Positions 9,157 to 17,685 of a stretch of 27,981 nt of DNA are shown in pieces. This DNA comes from Candidatus Zixiibacteriota bacterium. Lineage in GTDB: Bacteria > Zixibacteria > MSB-5A5 > GN15 > FEB-12. A model generated the notes under the pieces. That model did no database searches. It had not been told where the DNA came from and was given only the letters and a program-made list of their open reading frames with translations. The position numbers and the translations under genes are program-made. Positions within the stretch are counted from its first letter, which is position 1, and each line of letters starts with the position of its first letter. The stretch is from the NCBI GenBank assembly GCA_041742355.1, contig JBGSIV010000233.1, positions 1 to 27,981 of the forward strand, given 5' to 3'.

Positions 9157-9633
9157 ATGAAGATACGAAGCATGGTAATCGCGGCGGCGGGAGTGATGCT
9201 GCTGGCGGGGTGCGGGAAGCCGCCGGTGACGGTGGAAACGCCGGCCGAGGCGCCGTCGGCACAGGCCTCCGGCCGCTGGGAGATTGGAGCAAACGGATTG
9301 CAGATTAGAGATATCGAGCCGGGGTATGGCCGCCAGGCCAAGTCCGGGGATGTACTGAAGATGCATTACACAGGCTGGCTGCTGTTGAACGGCACGCGGG
9401 GAACGATGTTCGACAGCTCCCGGGACGGCGAGCCGCTGGTGTTCACGCTGGGCGCGGGGCAGGTGATCGCCGGGTGGGATCAGGGGATTGTCGGGATGCT
9501 GGAGGGGGGTAAGCGGGAGATCATCATCCCGCCGGAGCTGGCCTACGGGCGCCGGGGAGTGCCGGGGGCGATTCCGCCCGGAGCGACACTGGATTTCGAA
9601 GTGGAGCTGGTGGAGATTGTCCCGGGGCGGTAG
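9157..9633 (+). CDS. FKBP-type peptidyl-prolyl cis-trans isomerase, lipoprotein
   Basis: Lipobox [32 protein letters not shown] and [17 protein letters not shown] motifs. Confidence 0.93.
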   Translation: MKIRSMVIAAAGVMLLAGCGKPPVTVETPAEAPSAQASGRWEIGANGLQIRDIEPGYGRQAKSGDVLKMHYTGWLLLNGTRGTMFDSSRDGEPLVFTLGAGQVIAGWDQGIVGMLEGGKREIIIPPELAYGRRGVPGAIPPGATLDFEVELVEIVPGR

Positions 9634-9672
9634 GCGCGTCGCGTCAGTGCGGCCTGCTGCGGCAAAAACCGT

Positions 9673-9700
9673 TTGACATCGGTCGGTCAGTTGCTATTAT
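9673..9700 (+). promoter_or_regulatory. sigma70 promoter for tRNA-Lys
   Basis: TTGACA-N16-TATTAT with an extended -10 TGn. Confidence 0.7.
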
Positions 9701-9741
9701 AGAACGCCACACCCGGTGCGCCATGCATCGGGTTCCCGTAT

Positions 9742-9813
9742 GGGGGTGTAGCTCAGTGGTAGAGCACCTGCCTTTTAAGCAGGGAGTCGATGGTTCGATC
9801 CCATCCACCCTCA
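9742..9813 (+). tRNA. tRNA-Lys (anticodon UUU), CCA not encoded
   Basis: Acceptor stem GGGGGTG/CACCCTC, D arm GCTC/GAGC, anticodon arm CCTGC-CT TTT AA-GCAGG, T arm GATGG-TTCGATC-CCATC, discriminator A. Confidence 0.96.
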
Positions 9814-9986
9814 TATTTTTATTGGGGAATGCTCCCGCGACAAATCCCGGCGACACCTCAGGCTTAGCGGTCCATTGGGATTGACTTGCCCCTGCACCAC
9901 TGTCACCTGCGAATGTTCAGGTTACCGCCACTCTCACCATATTCACCCTGGCTTCACAGCGGCCGGCAGTCTTCGTAGCTGCCCCA

Positions 9987-12038
9987 CTACGGACGCGGCG
10001 CCAGCTCCTTCTGAAGCGCTGTCCGGAGTGCCGGATAGGGCTGCACGAGGCGGGCGACATAGGCCGTGTCCATACCCATGTCCAGAATCGCCCGTATCTG
10101 CTCAACGGCCGGCCCGGTGCGGCGACTTTCGGCGTACCACTGGAAGAGCCTTGTACGTTCATACGCAGCGAGGTCCGGCCCGGCCGCCATGAGCGCGATC
10201 TGCTCTTCAGCTTCTTTGATGCGGCCCAACTTCCGGTTAGCGGAGGCCAGGTTGAAAAGGACAGCCGGTTTGGTCGGGTCGATAGCGAGCGCCTGTTCCA
10301 GATCGTCTACCGCCTCGACGGGCTGCCCATGATACAGGCGCACAACACCGCGATTGCTGTAGGCCGCCGCGTCGAAAGGATTCAGGCCGATGGCCATGTT
10401 CAGGCAGTACATCGCACTATCCCAGTTCTGCGCTCTCATAGTGATTTCGCCAAGGTTGGACCAGGCATTGCCGTACGCCGGATCCTCTCGGACGATTTCC
10501 TCCAGCATCGACCCGGCTTCAGTTATCTTACCGGCGTCCTTAAGCTCCATCGCACGCTCCAGGCGGAACTTGATTGGGAAGGCTGCCTGCCACTCTGCTC
10601 TCACCTGCTGGACTGCTGTCGAGTCACCCTGCTTCTCGTAATAGGTGAGGAGCAGGTAGGGGCCGTTCCGATCACGCAGCGGGTCGAGCGTCAGGTAATC
10701 CTTGAATCGGGCGATCAGGATCTTCGGATTGTTGACCATCGCCACCCTTCCCGAGAGCGATACCAGGGCCAGCACCAACCCCGCAACGGCGATTCTCATC
10801 CCCGACCGGAGCTTAAACGACTCGTCCAGCGTCAGGAGGTAGAACAAGGCCACCGGCCCGACGCCGGCAAAGGAGAACAGGTCCCAGTCGCGTGGCATAC
10901 CGAGCTTGGGATCGAAAACAAAGACCGCTCCCGCCGATGAGATCGACAGCACAATCAGGAAGATCGCACTCCGGTTGGACAGGCTTCGCGATGCCGCTGC
11001 CCTGATCAGCGCGAGTATGAGCAGCCCGGCGCCGGGCAGCAGGAGCACCAGCAGGTTCGCTATGTCCAGAAGATGCGCGCCCGACAGCAGCGTGTAACCG
11101 CCGACAGTGAACTTGTCCGGAAGCGGCGCGATCAATGAGTACCGGAAAAAAGTGCTGGTGCTCCAGGCATACACGAGAGCCCATAGCGCCGGGATAGCCA
11201 TAATGATCCCCAGGGCGGCCCACTTGCTGGTATTCCATCGGCGCATCCGCTGGCCGGCTCGAGTCGGCGCGAGTATCAGGTACACCAGACTGGGGATTAG
11301 GGTCACACCGAGCACATGAAAGAAAACCGAGGCCGAAGCCGGTATGAGCAACCATCCCCGGGCAAGGCGATTCCTGGCAACCAGCAGCCCGACGAGAGCG
11401 TAGCAGCCGACGGAGGCTACGAAGAGCGAGTAATTTTCGACATATCCGAAGAACAGCAGGGCATAGCCGCCGGTGAGCATCCCGACCACAAAGACCAACC
11501 GACGGTTGAATTTCGGAAAGAGCCGCGCGGAAGCCCAGCAAAGCACTCCGGTGAAGATCACGCCGGCGGCAATCGACAGCACCCGAAAACTCAGCAGGGC
11601 CGCCGGCTCGCCTTCTAATCCCGAGAGGTTCTTCACCCACACGTGCAGGAGCGACTCACCGATCTCGCGCGACTTGATCAGGGGACGATTCCCGGCCAGC
11701 AGGCTCAGGGCCGTGTAGCCGTCGCCGAGGAAGTGAGCTTTCGTGCGGAGTACTGTGAACAGGACTGCGGTGACTGCCAGAGAGATCAAGGTCACTGTCG
11801 CTGTAGTCCGGCGGGATGGGATCCCGGCGGGCTCCCGGAACCAAGCCCTTGCGCTCATCCAGACTCCCACGACAGCGAATAACGCTGTGCCGATGACTAC
11901 CGGCAGCGGGAAGTGCGCCCATGGAGCCAGTCCCCACAAACGAGCGTTCGGCAGAAACGACGCGGCGGACAATACGGCCAGGGTGGCCACGAACACGCCG
12001 GCGGTCCATCGGTCCAGGTTTGTTTCATCCCGTTGCAC
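9987..12038 (-). CDS. Polytopic membrane protein (GT-C/TMTC-like architecture) with C-terminal TPR repeats
   Basis: About 12 hydrophobic segments with loop motifs HFLGDGY, FFGYVENY and RDWDLF; TPR-like units (AWSNLGEI, AYSNRGVV, VLFNLASA) at the C-terminus. Confidence 0.8.
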   Translation of the reverse strand: MQRDETNLDRWTAGVFVATLAVLSAASFLPNARLWGLAPWAHFPLPVVIGTALFAVVGVWMSARAWFREPAGIPSRRTTATVTLISLAVTAVLFTVLRTKAHFLGDGYTALSLLAGNRPLIKSREIGESLLHVWVKNLSGLEGEPAALLSFRVLSIAAGVIFTGVLCWASARLFPKFNRRLVFVVGMLTGGYALLFFGYVENYSLFVASVGCYALVGLLVARNRLARGWLLIPASASVFFHVLGVTLIPSLVYLILAPTRAGQRMRRWNTSKWAALGIIMAIPALWALVYAWSTSTFFRYSLIAPLPDKFTVGGYTLLSGAHLLDIANLLVLLLPGAGLLILALIRAAASRSLSNRSAIFLIVLSISSAGAVFVFDPKLGMPRDWDLFSFAGVGPVALFYLLTLDESFKLRSGMRIAVAGLVLALVSLSGRVAMVNNPKILIARFKDYLTLDPLRDRNGPYLLLTYYEKQGDSTAVQQVRAEWQAAFPIKFRLERAMELKDAGKITEAGSMLEEIVREDPAYGNAWSNLGEITMRAQNWDSAMYCLNMAIGLNPFDAAAYSNRGVVRLYHGQPVEAVDDLEQALAIDPTKPAVLFNLASANRKLGRIKEAEEQIALMAAGPDLAAYERTRLFQWYAESRRTGPAVEQIRAILDMGMDTAYVARLVQPYPALRTALQKELAPRP

Positions 12039-12257
12039 GCAGTGTCATTCACCCCTGTACTACAGCGTCTTTTTTGCCTGCGCTACGATAGCGAAGTAGC
12101 CCAAAATAGGGAGCTACCGGCTGCGGCACAACGATAATCTCAGCGAGCGTGACTTGAAGGAGCCTCCTCGAACCGAATGGTTGTTGCGGAATCACAAATC
12201 GCGTCTTAGCTTTGCGGCTGTCGCCACAAGAAGACCTGATAGCACTTGAGGATAAAG

Positions 12258-12763
12258 ATGCGTCACCTGTACACCCATCTGCGATACGCCGGAGCCCTCT
12301 GCGGGATGATAGCCGTCCTGTCGTTCCTGGTGCTGCCGGTCGTGCAGAAGTCGTTTCTCTGGATCGATGCATCGCGGAACGGCACCTGGCTGATTCAGAC
12401 CGTGTTCGCGTCGAGCGGCTTTGAGGGGGGCTGATCGGATTCGCTCTGGTCACGACACTGCTAACTACGGGGGCGAGCGCGCTGCTGTTCCTGTGGAATC
12501 GTTTCAGGCATGGTTCGATCTGTGCGCAGTCGGCGCTCGGGCTGATGCTTGTCCTGCTTGTCTACCTCGTTATCGAAACCGGGAGCACCCGGGTTCTCGC
12601 GGTTGGTTTCTGGATCAGCCTGTGGTCGATGGTGGTGATGGCGTCATTCTCGTGGTTGGTCAATTCGCGCCCGGAAGCGGCTGTGGATCACGTCCGCATC
12701 ACGGTTCCCATTCGAGTGAAGCGTCGGTCATCTGGCTCGCACTCCCAAAGAAAGGACCCGTGA
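12258..12763 (+). pseudogene. Four-TM membrane protein gene split by a frameshift at a G6 run (12425-12430)
   Basis: Frame 1 reads MRHLYTHLRYAGALCGMIAVLSFLVLP...SSGFEGG*. Hydrophobic coding continues in the -1 frame as LIGFALVTTLLTTGASALLFLW...LMLVLLVYL...GFWISLWSMVVMASFSWLV...RKDP*. One extra G gives a 168-aa ORF; GAGG RBS upstream. Confidence 0.65.
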
Positions 12764-12780
12764 CCGAAGCCACGGGCCCT
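12747..12780 (-). terminator. Intrinsic terminator of the LVIVD-dockerin gene
   Basis: Minus strand GGCCCGTGGC-TTCG-GTCACGGGTC followed by CTTTCTTT (cUUCGg tetraloop). Confidence 0.75.
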
Positions 12781-12811
12781 GCACGCATCAATCAGAAATA
12801 GGAACATGCCA

Positions 12812-15800
12812 TCAACAGGCGAAGGGCGCAGCACCTCCCTTGAACAGGTAGTTCACGAGATACGTTAGATCGGATACGATGATCTTGCTGTCGCCGTTGA
12901 CGTCACCATGCGAGGGACATCCCGAACCGGACCCGCCCTTGAACAGATAGTTCACCAAGAAGGTCAGGTCGCTTACGATCACCTTGGTGTCGAGGTTGAC
13001 ATCCCCCCGCTTGACGCAGCAGCAGGCGTCCCCGATCCCATCCTGGTTCGTATCTTCCTGCCCCGAATTAGATACCGTCGGGCAATTGTCCAAGGGGTCA
13101 TTGACTCCGTCCAGATCAAGATCGACGAATAGCGAAAGGACCACCAACCCGAATCCATCTACGAAATAGGCCTTATCGCCGGCGAGGTCAACACCGGTTC
13201 CTGTTCGAGGACTCGGATAACTCCCCATTGCCGAAAGAGCTGAGGGATCACTGGCGTTTATGGCGAGCAGCATGAAGTCCATGGCGGCATACAGCACGCC
13301 CCCCACTATCTTCATGTCACATACCCAATTGTTCGTGGGCAGATTCGTGACGAAGGCTGGGAGTGCTGGATCAGAAACATTCAGCGCTGTAATGCCATTT
13401 AGGAGTGTGCCGATGTACGCGATACTGTCCTCCACAGCGATGCTCAGAGCGGCGCTCGGTGTCTGGTATCGGGAAAGCAGGCTTGGAGCAGAAGGATCTG
13501 AAACGTCGATTATCACAACCCCGGAATCCCGATCAGCAACCATAGCAATATTCCCTATCACCACAACATCCAGCGCATAGTCCTTTGTATCCACGGTCGA
13601 CACGATTGACGGCACCGATGGATTGGAAATGTCGACAATCACCAGACCTGCCTGCCTGGCTGCCAGATAGAGGTAGTTGCCGGATACGGCGATCGCATCT
13701 GTACAGCAGTAATCGAGCTCGCCAATGAGACTGGGAGTGAGCGGATTGGTGATGTCGAGAATCTGTATCGGATTGTCAGCAATATACGCTCTGTTACCCG
13801 AAACTGCGATATCAGAGGCATCGGAGTAGTATGCGGTCGCCCCCCAATTCGCGACAACTTCGGGGGCAGTGGGATCAGAAATGTCGACAACGCTCATATC
13901 GGGAGCAAAACGGGTCGCCACATAAGCATAGTCCCCAGAAACTGCCACCTTTAAGGGTGTGGCGGTTTGGCTGTAACGGCCGGCGAGGTACATCGCCTTC
14001 GGATTTGTACCCAGGTCGATAATCTTCAAGCCACCCCATGCGCCATCCGCAAGATAGGCGTAAGCCCCGTCAACCGTAACATCCCGACCGTCCTCGGTGT
14101 CGAGCACCCAGGCTTCGATCGGAGTCGACGGATCGGTGATGTCGACAATATCCATCCCCGAATGATGATCCGCGACATAGGCAAAATCGCCATCGACTGC
14201 CACGCCTGATGCTCTGAGTGGCGAATTGTATATCCCGAGTTGCGCTGGAGCGGTTGGACTTGAGACGTCTACAATCCGCAGATATTCGTTGTCGACGAGG
14301 TAGGCCGTGCTTCCGACAACGCTAATGTCGAAGAAGCCGAATCCCGGAACAGTATATGAACCAAGCAGTGCCGGCGTAGAAGGAGTGGAGACATCAATGA
14401 TCAGCATCCCCTCATGCTCCGTCGTCAGATAGGCGGTGTTTCCGACCACATCAATCCCAAGTCCTACATTGGCTGCGTACTGCCCCACAAAAGAAGGCGC
14501 AGAAGGGACAGATAGATCTATAATGAAAAGACCCCCGTCACCACCGGCAACATAGGCCAGATTCCCAACAGTCCTTACTTGATAGGCGTCAAGCGGTTGG
14601 TAATTGCCCGCCAGGACGGGTGCCGACGGTACGGTTATATCAATAATCTGAAGGCCGGAGGATCTGTCCGCAACAAGAGCATAGTTTCCGAATACATCGA
14701 CGTCATAGGCATATCCGGGGGTATCGTATCCTCCGACCGACAATGGCGCCGAGTGATCGGTGACGTCAATGATCTGCAGCCCTTCGTTGCCGTCAGCGAC
14801 ATAAGCGTAGCTGCCCGCCACATCGACGCGCATGGCGTCCCCAGGGGTGTCAATGGTCCCGACGAGAGCAAATGGCACGGGATTTGCAACCTTCACAATC
14901 TGTAAACCATCCTCGTTCGCTACGTAGGCGTGACTGCCAGCCACGCTTACGGCCATGGCATCTCCAACGGAATACTCACCCACAGTAACCGGTAACGAAG
15001 GCTGGCTGATATCAATTGCCAACAGCCCGCACCCATTCCCAACAATGAAGGCGAAGTCTCCCAATACGGCTACATCACGAAACCAACCCCAGGCATTCGT
15101 CGGCAGAACCGACGAGACAAGAAACGGCGCCGCTGGGCTGGATATGTCTATGATTTGCAGACCACCTAGTCCGTCGGCAACAAGAGCATGATCTCCGGAA
15201 ACCGCGATTCCATTGGCATACTCCGTTGTCTCGCAGGAACCGATGAGTGTCGGGTTGGTGGGTACGGCAACGTTGACTACCCGCAGTCCCAGGGATCCAT
15301 CGGCAACGTAGGCAAGTGTATCGACGATTTGTACATCCACCGCATTTCCGCCTGGCCAGCCGATAAAACCGAGCAACACGGGATTGGCGGGCGAGGAAAC
15401 GTCGATAACGTTTAGGGAGTTGCCATCAGTCACATAGGCAAAATCACCGACCACCTGCAGACCATGCCCCTGCCACATCCCGTGGCACTCACCGACGATA
15501 ACAGGCGAACTGAGATTGGAGACATCAACAATGAACAGTGTGCCGTTTCCGTTCCCTCCGTCAATATACGCGTAGTCCCCGCTCACATCGATTCTATTGG
15601 CCCCGCCTTCGGGCACAAAGGACGCAAGGTACAACTGCGAGACAAGAACCGGAGCGGATGAAACGCTGATATCGACAATCTGGAGTCCATACGGCATCAC
15701 GCAGAATGCATGATCGCCCAGGATCTTGACATCGCGCATGCCTCTGTACAGCGTGCTCCCCTCGTAAGTGAAAGTAGCATCGTCATTAGGATTAGCAGTG

Positions 15801-15943
15801 GCGCTTGGCGTCATCTGCTCTTCACGCGGAATAGGTCCCGAAGGGAAATTCCCGCGGCGTTCATGAATGGGATCAGTTGCGAAGGCTTGGGGAACAAGTA
15901 GGAGTACCCCAAGTAGCGTGAGACAATCCTGCAATCGGATCAT
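12812..15943 (-). CDS. Secreted LVIVD-repeat beta-propeller protein with a C-terminal thrombospondin type-3 repeat and dockerin-like domain
   Basis: Signal peptide; 21 repeats of about 42 aa (xVxGxYAYVAD..GLxIIDxSxPxxP); DxDxDGxxDxxDNCPxxxNxxQxDxxxDGIGDAC; duplicated GDVNxD..IVSDLTxLVNYLFKGG; GGAGG RBS. Confidence 0.92.
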   Translation of the reverse strand: MIRLQDCLTLLGVLLLVPQAFATDPIHERRGNFPSGPIPREEQMTPSATANPNDDATFTYEGSTLYRGMRDVKILGDHAFCVMPYGLQIVDISVSSAPVLVSQLYLASFVPEGGANRIDVSGDYAYIDGGNGNGTLFIVDVSNLSSPVIVGECHGMWQGHGLQVVGDFAYVTDGNSLNVIDVSSPANPVLLGFIGWPGGNAVDVQIVDTLAYVADGSLGLRVVNVAVPTNPTLIGSCETTEYANGIAVSGDHALVADGLGGLQIIDISSPAAPFLVSSVLPTNAWGWFRDVAVLGDFAFIVGNGCGLLAIDISQPSLPVTVGEYSVGDAMAVSVAGSHAYVANEDGLQIVKVANPVPFALVGTIDTPGDAMRVDVAGSYAYVADGNEGLQIIDVTDHSAPLSVGGYDTPGYAYDVDVFGNYALVADRSSGLQIIDITVPSAPVLAGNYQPLDAYQVRTVGNLAYVAGGDGGLFIIDLSVPSAPSFVGQYAANVGLGIDVVGNTAYLTTEHEGMLIIDVSTPSTPALLGSYTVPGFGFFDISVVGSTAYLVDNEYLRIVDVSSPTAPAQLGIYNSPLRASGVAVDGDFAYVADHHSGMDIVDITDPSTPIEAWVLDTEDGRDVTVDGAYAYLADGAWGGLKIIDLGTNPKAMYLAGRYSQTATPLKVAVSGDYAYVATRFAPDMSVVDISDPTAPEVVANWGATAYYSDASDIAVSGNRAYIADNPIQILDITNPLTPSLIGELDYCCTDAIAVSGNYLYLAARQAGLVIVDISNPSVPSIVSTVDTKDYALDVVVIGNIAMVADRDSGVVIIDVSDPSAPSLLSRYQTPSAALSIAVEDSIAYIGTLLNGITALNVSDPALPAFVTNLPTNNWVCDMKIVGGVLYAAMDFMLLAINASDPSALSAMGSYPSPRTGTGVDLAGDKAYFVDGFGLVVLSLFVDLDLDGVNDPLDNCPTVSNSGQEDTNQDGIGDACCCVKRGDVNLDTKVIVSDLTFLVNYLFKGGSGSGCPSHGDVNGDSKIIVSDLTYLVNYLFKGGAAPFAC

Positions 15944-15991
15944 GAGCCCTCCTCGTCGAGCGGAGTAGAAACGTGTTACTTATTACCTGAC

Positions 15992-16024
15992 TACCTATCA
16001 AATACCTGTCAAATACCCATCAGG
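15992..16024. promoter_or_regulatory. Three 11-bp-period direct repeats (candidate operator)
   Basis: TACCTATCAAA/TACCTGTCAAA/TACCCATCAGG at 15992, 16003 and 16014. Confidence 0.5.
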
Positions 16025-16027
16025 GAC

Positions 16028-16056
16028 AATATAATCTGGATTCCAATTTCAGGCAA
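16028..16056 (-). promoter_or_regulatory. sigma70 promoter for the LVIVD-dockerin gene
   Basis: Minus strand TTGCCT-N17-TATATT. Confidence 0.55.
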
Positions 16057-16099
16057 TCAGATTCAAGGGGAGGCCAATCACTTGAAACAGGCTTATAGC

Positions 16100-16133
16100 A
16101 AGGAAAACCCCCTTGGGTAGGGGGTTTCTTCTT
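16100..16133 (-). terminator. Intrinsic (possibly bidirectional) terminator after the M16 operon
   Basis: Stem AAACCCCCT (16105-13)/AGGGGGTTT (16119-27) with T-rich tails on both strands. Confidence 0.7.
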
Positions 16134-16168
16134 GAACGTGCGGAGCCGAACAGCTTATCTGCCTCGAC

Positions 16169-17662
16169 CTACTTCGCCTCCAGCGTCATCGGATCGCGCA
16201 GCGGCAGAATCGTCACCGGGCCGAAATCGGAGATCTTCTCCGGATGCTTGTCCGAGCCGACTTCCAGGGCATCAGGATCCCCGACAATCAGAAAGACCAG
16301 ATTGTCCGGGTGCAGGTACTTCTGCGCCGCCGCCAGGACATCGTCGGGCGTCACCGCCTGCACGTTCTTCGTGTAGTCCTGCCAGTAGGAGTCGGGCCGC
16401 CCGGTGTACAGGTCATCGGCGAACGTGTTCACCATCATGCTCTTGCCGGCGAACGGATTGACCAGGTTGCCGACCAGGCCGGCTTTGGCGTTCTCGACGA
16501 TATCCGCTTCGCACTTCTCGGTGCGGATGCGCTTGATTTCGTCGACAATCAGCCGTGTGCCGAACGGGCCGGTGGCGTGCTTGGTCTGAAACCACGCGCG
16601 GAACGTGCCCGGGTAGAGCACCGGGCGGTCGAACGCGCTGCCGGAGTTGTAGGCCAGGCCCTCATCGGAGCGCACACGCCGCACGATGCGCGAGGTGAAC
16701 CCGCCGCCGCCGAGGATGTCGTTGGCAACCTCGAGGGCGAACTGCTCGGGGAAGTCGCGCTTGACCCCGACGTGGCCGACCCGGATGCGCGACTGGTTGA
16801 CATCGTCCTTCTTGACAATGTACACGCCCGGTTTGGGATCGAGGATCTGGTCGGGAACCAACGGGAGCTTGAGGTCACGGCTTTCCCAGCCCGCAAGCAG
16901 GGCATCGAGCTTCTTGATGATGTCGGCCGTCTTGAAATCCCCCGAGACGGCGAAGATGAAGTTCTTCGGAAAGAAATACTGCGCGTGGAACGCCTTCAGG
17001 TCTTCCGGCGTGATGGAGGTCACGGACTGCTCGGTCCGGCGCAGGGGGGTGGTGCAGGGGTGGTCGCCGTAGAGGAGGAACTGCCACTCGCGCGATTCGA
17101 TATCGGCGGCCGAAGAGTTGCGCTGGGCCAGCTCGGACAGGATATCGGTCCGGTAGCGGTTGAGCGCCTCGGTATCGAAGACGGGCGCCTGCAGCACTTT
17201 CTTGAAGAGGCCGAGGCCTTCATCGATATCCTTGGAGAGGCAGAAGAGGCTCGCGGTGCCGCGGGTATCCCCGATCCGGACGGAGATATCGCCGGCCAGG
17301 TAAGCCAGGCGTTCATCGAGCTGGGCGGCGGTCATGCCGGGGATGCCGCCGTTGCGCATGAGGTAGGCGGTCATATCAGCCAGGCCCGCTTTCTCCACCG
17401 GTTCATAGATCGAACCGGTGCGGACGAGCACGGTCAGCTCGAACGTCGGGAATTCGTGGTTCTCGACGATAAAGGCGGTGGCGCCGCACTTGAGCGTGTG
17501 CCGGAACTGATCCGGTTTGGGCGGCTGGTAATTCAGGTCCTTGTAGGTCAGCTGGTCGGGGTGGCTGACGATATCGGCTGCCCGGGCGACCGCGAACAAG
17601 CTGCACAGCGCGATCGCGAGCGCCGCCCATCGGCCGAATTGCAGAACAGATCTATGGTTCAT
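16169..17662 (-). CDS. M16B (insulinase family) zinc peptidase, non-catalytic subunit, secreted
   Basis: Start MNHRSVLQF (ATG 17662, AAGGAG RBS; the 607-aa track ORF is over-extended). Signal peptide, no HxxEH (GLADMTAYLM), Gly-rich ILGGGGFTSR and the R/Y pair in RSDEGLAY. Confidence 0.9.
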   Translation of the reverse strand: MNHRSVLQFGRWAALAIALCSLFAVARAADIVSHPDQLTYKDLNYQPPKPDQFRHTLKCGATAFIVENHEFPTFELTVLVRTGSIYEPVEKAGLADMTAYLMRNGGIPGMTAAQLDERLAYLAGDISVRIGDTRGTASLFCLSKDIDEGLGLFKKVLQAPVFDTEALNRYRTDILSELAQRNSSAADIESREWQFLLYGDHPCTTPLRRTEQSVTSITPEDLKAFHAQYFFPKNFIFAVSGDFKTADIIKKLDALLAGWESRDLKLPLVPDQILDPKPGVYIVKKDDVNQSRIRVGHVGVKRDFPEQFALEVANDILGGGGFTSRIVRRVRSDEGLAYNSGSAFDRPVLYPGTFRAWFQTKHATGPFGTRLIVDEIKRIRTEKCEADIVENAKAGLVGNLVNPFAGKSMMVNTFADDLYTGRPDSYWQDYTKNVQAVTPDDVLAAAQKYLHPDNLVFLIVGDPDALEVGSDKHPEKISDFGPVTILPLRDPMTLEAK

Positions 17663-17685
17663 ATCAAAATCTCCTTGGTGTATCC

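Noticed and set aside
1640..9341. Long antisense or alternate-frame ORFs (e.g. 1992-3188, 4629-5885, 5946-7103, 7836-9341; likewise 16244-17932 and 21762-22703)
   Set aside because: These are shadows of high-GC3 genes on the opposite strand, with no recognisable motifs.
9742..16100. tRNA-integrated genomic island or prophage
   Set aside because: No integrase and no duplicated tRNA 3' end (att site) were found by eye.
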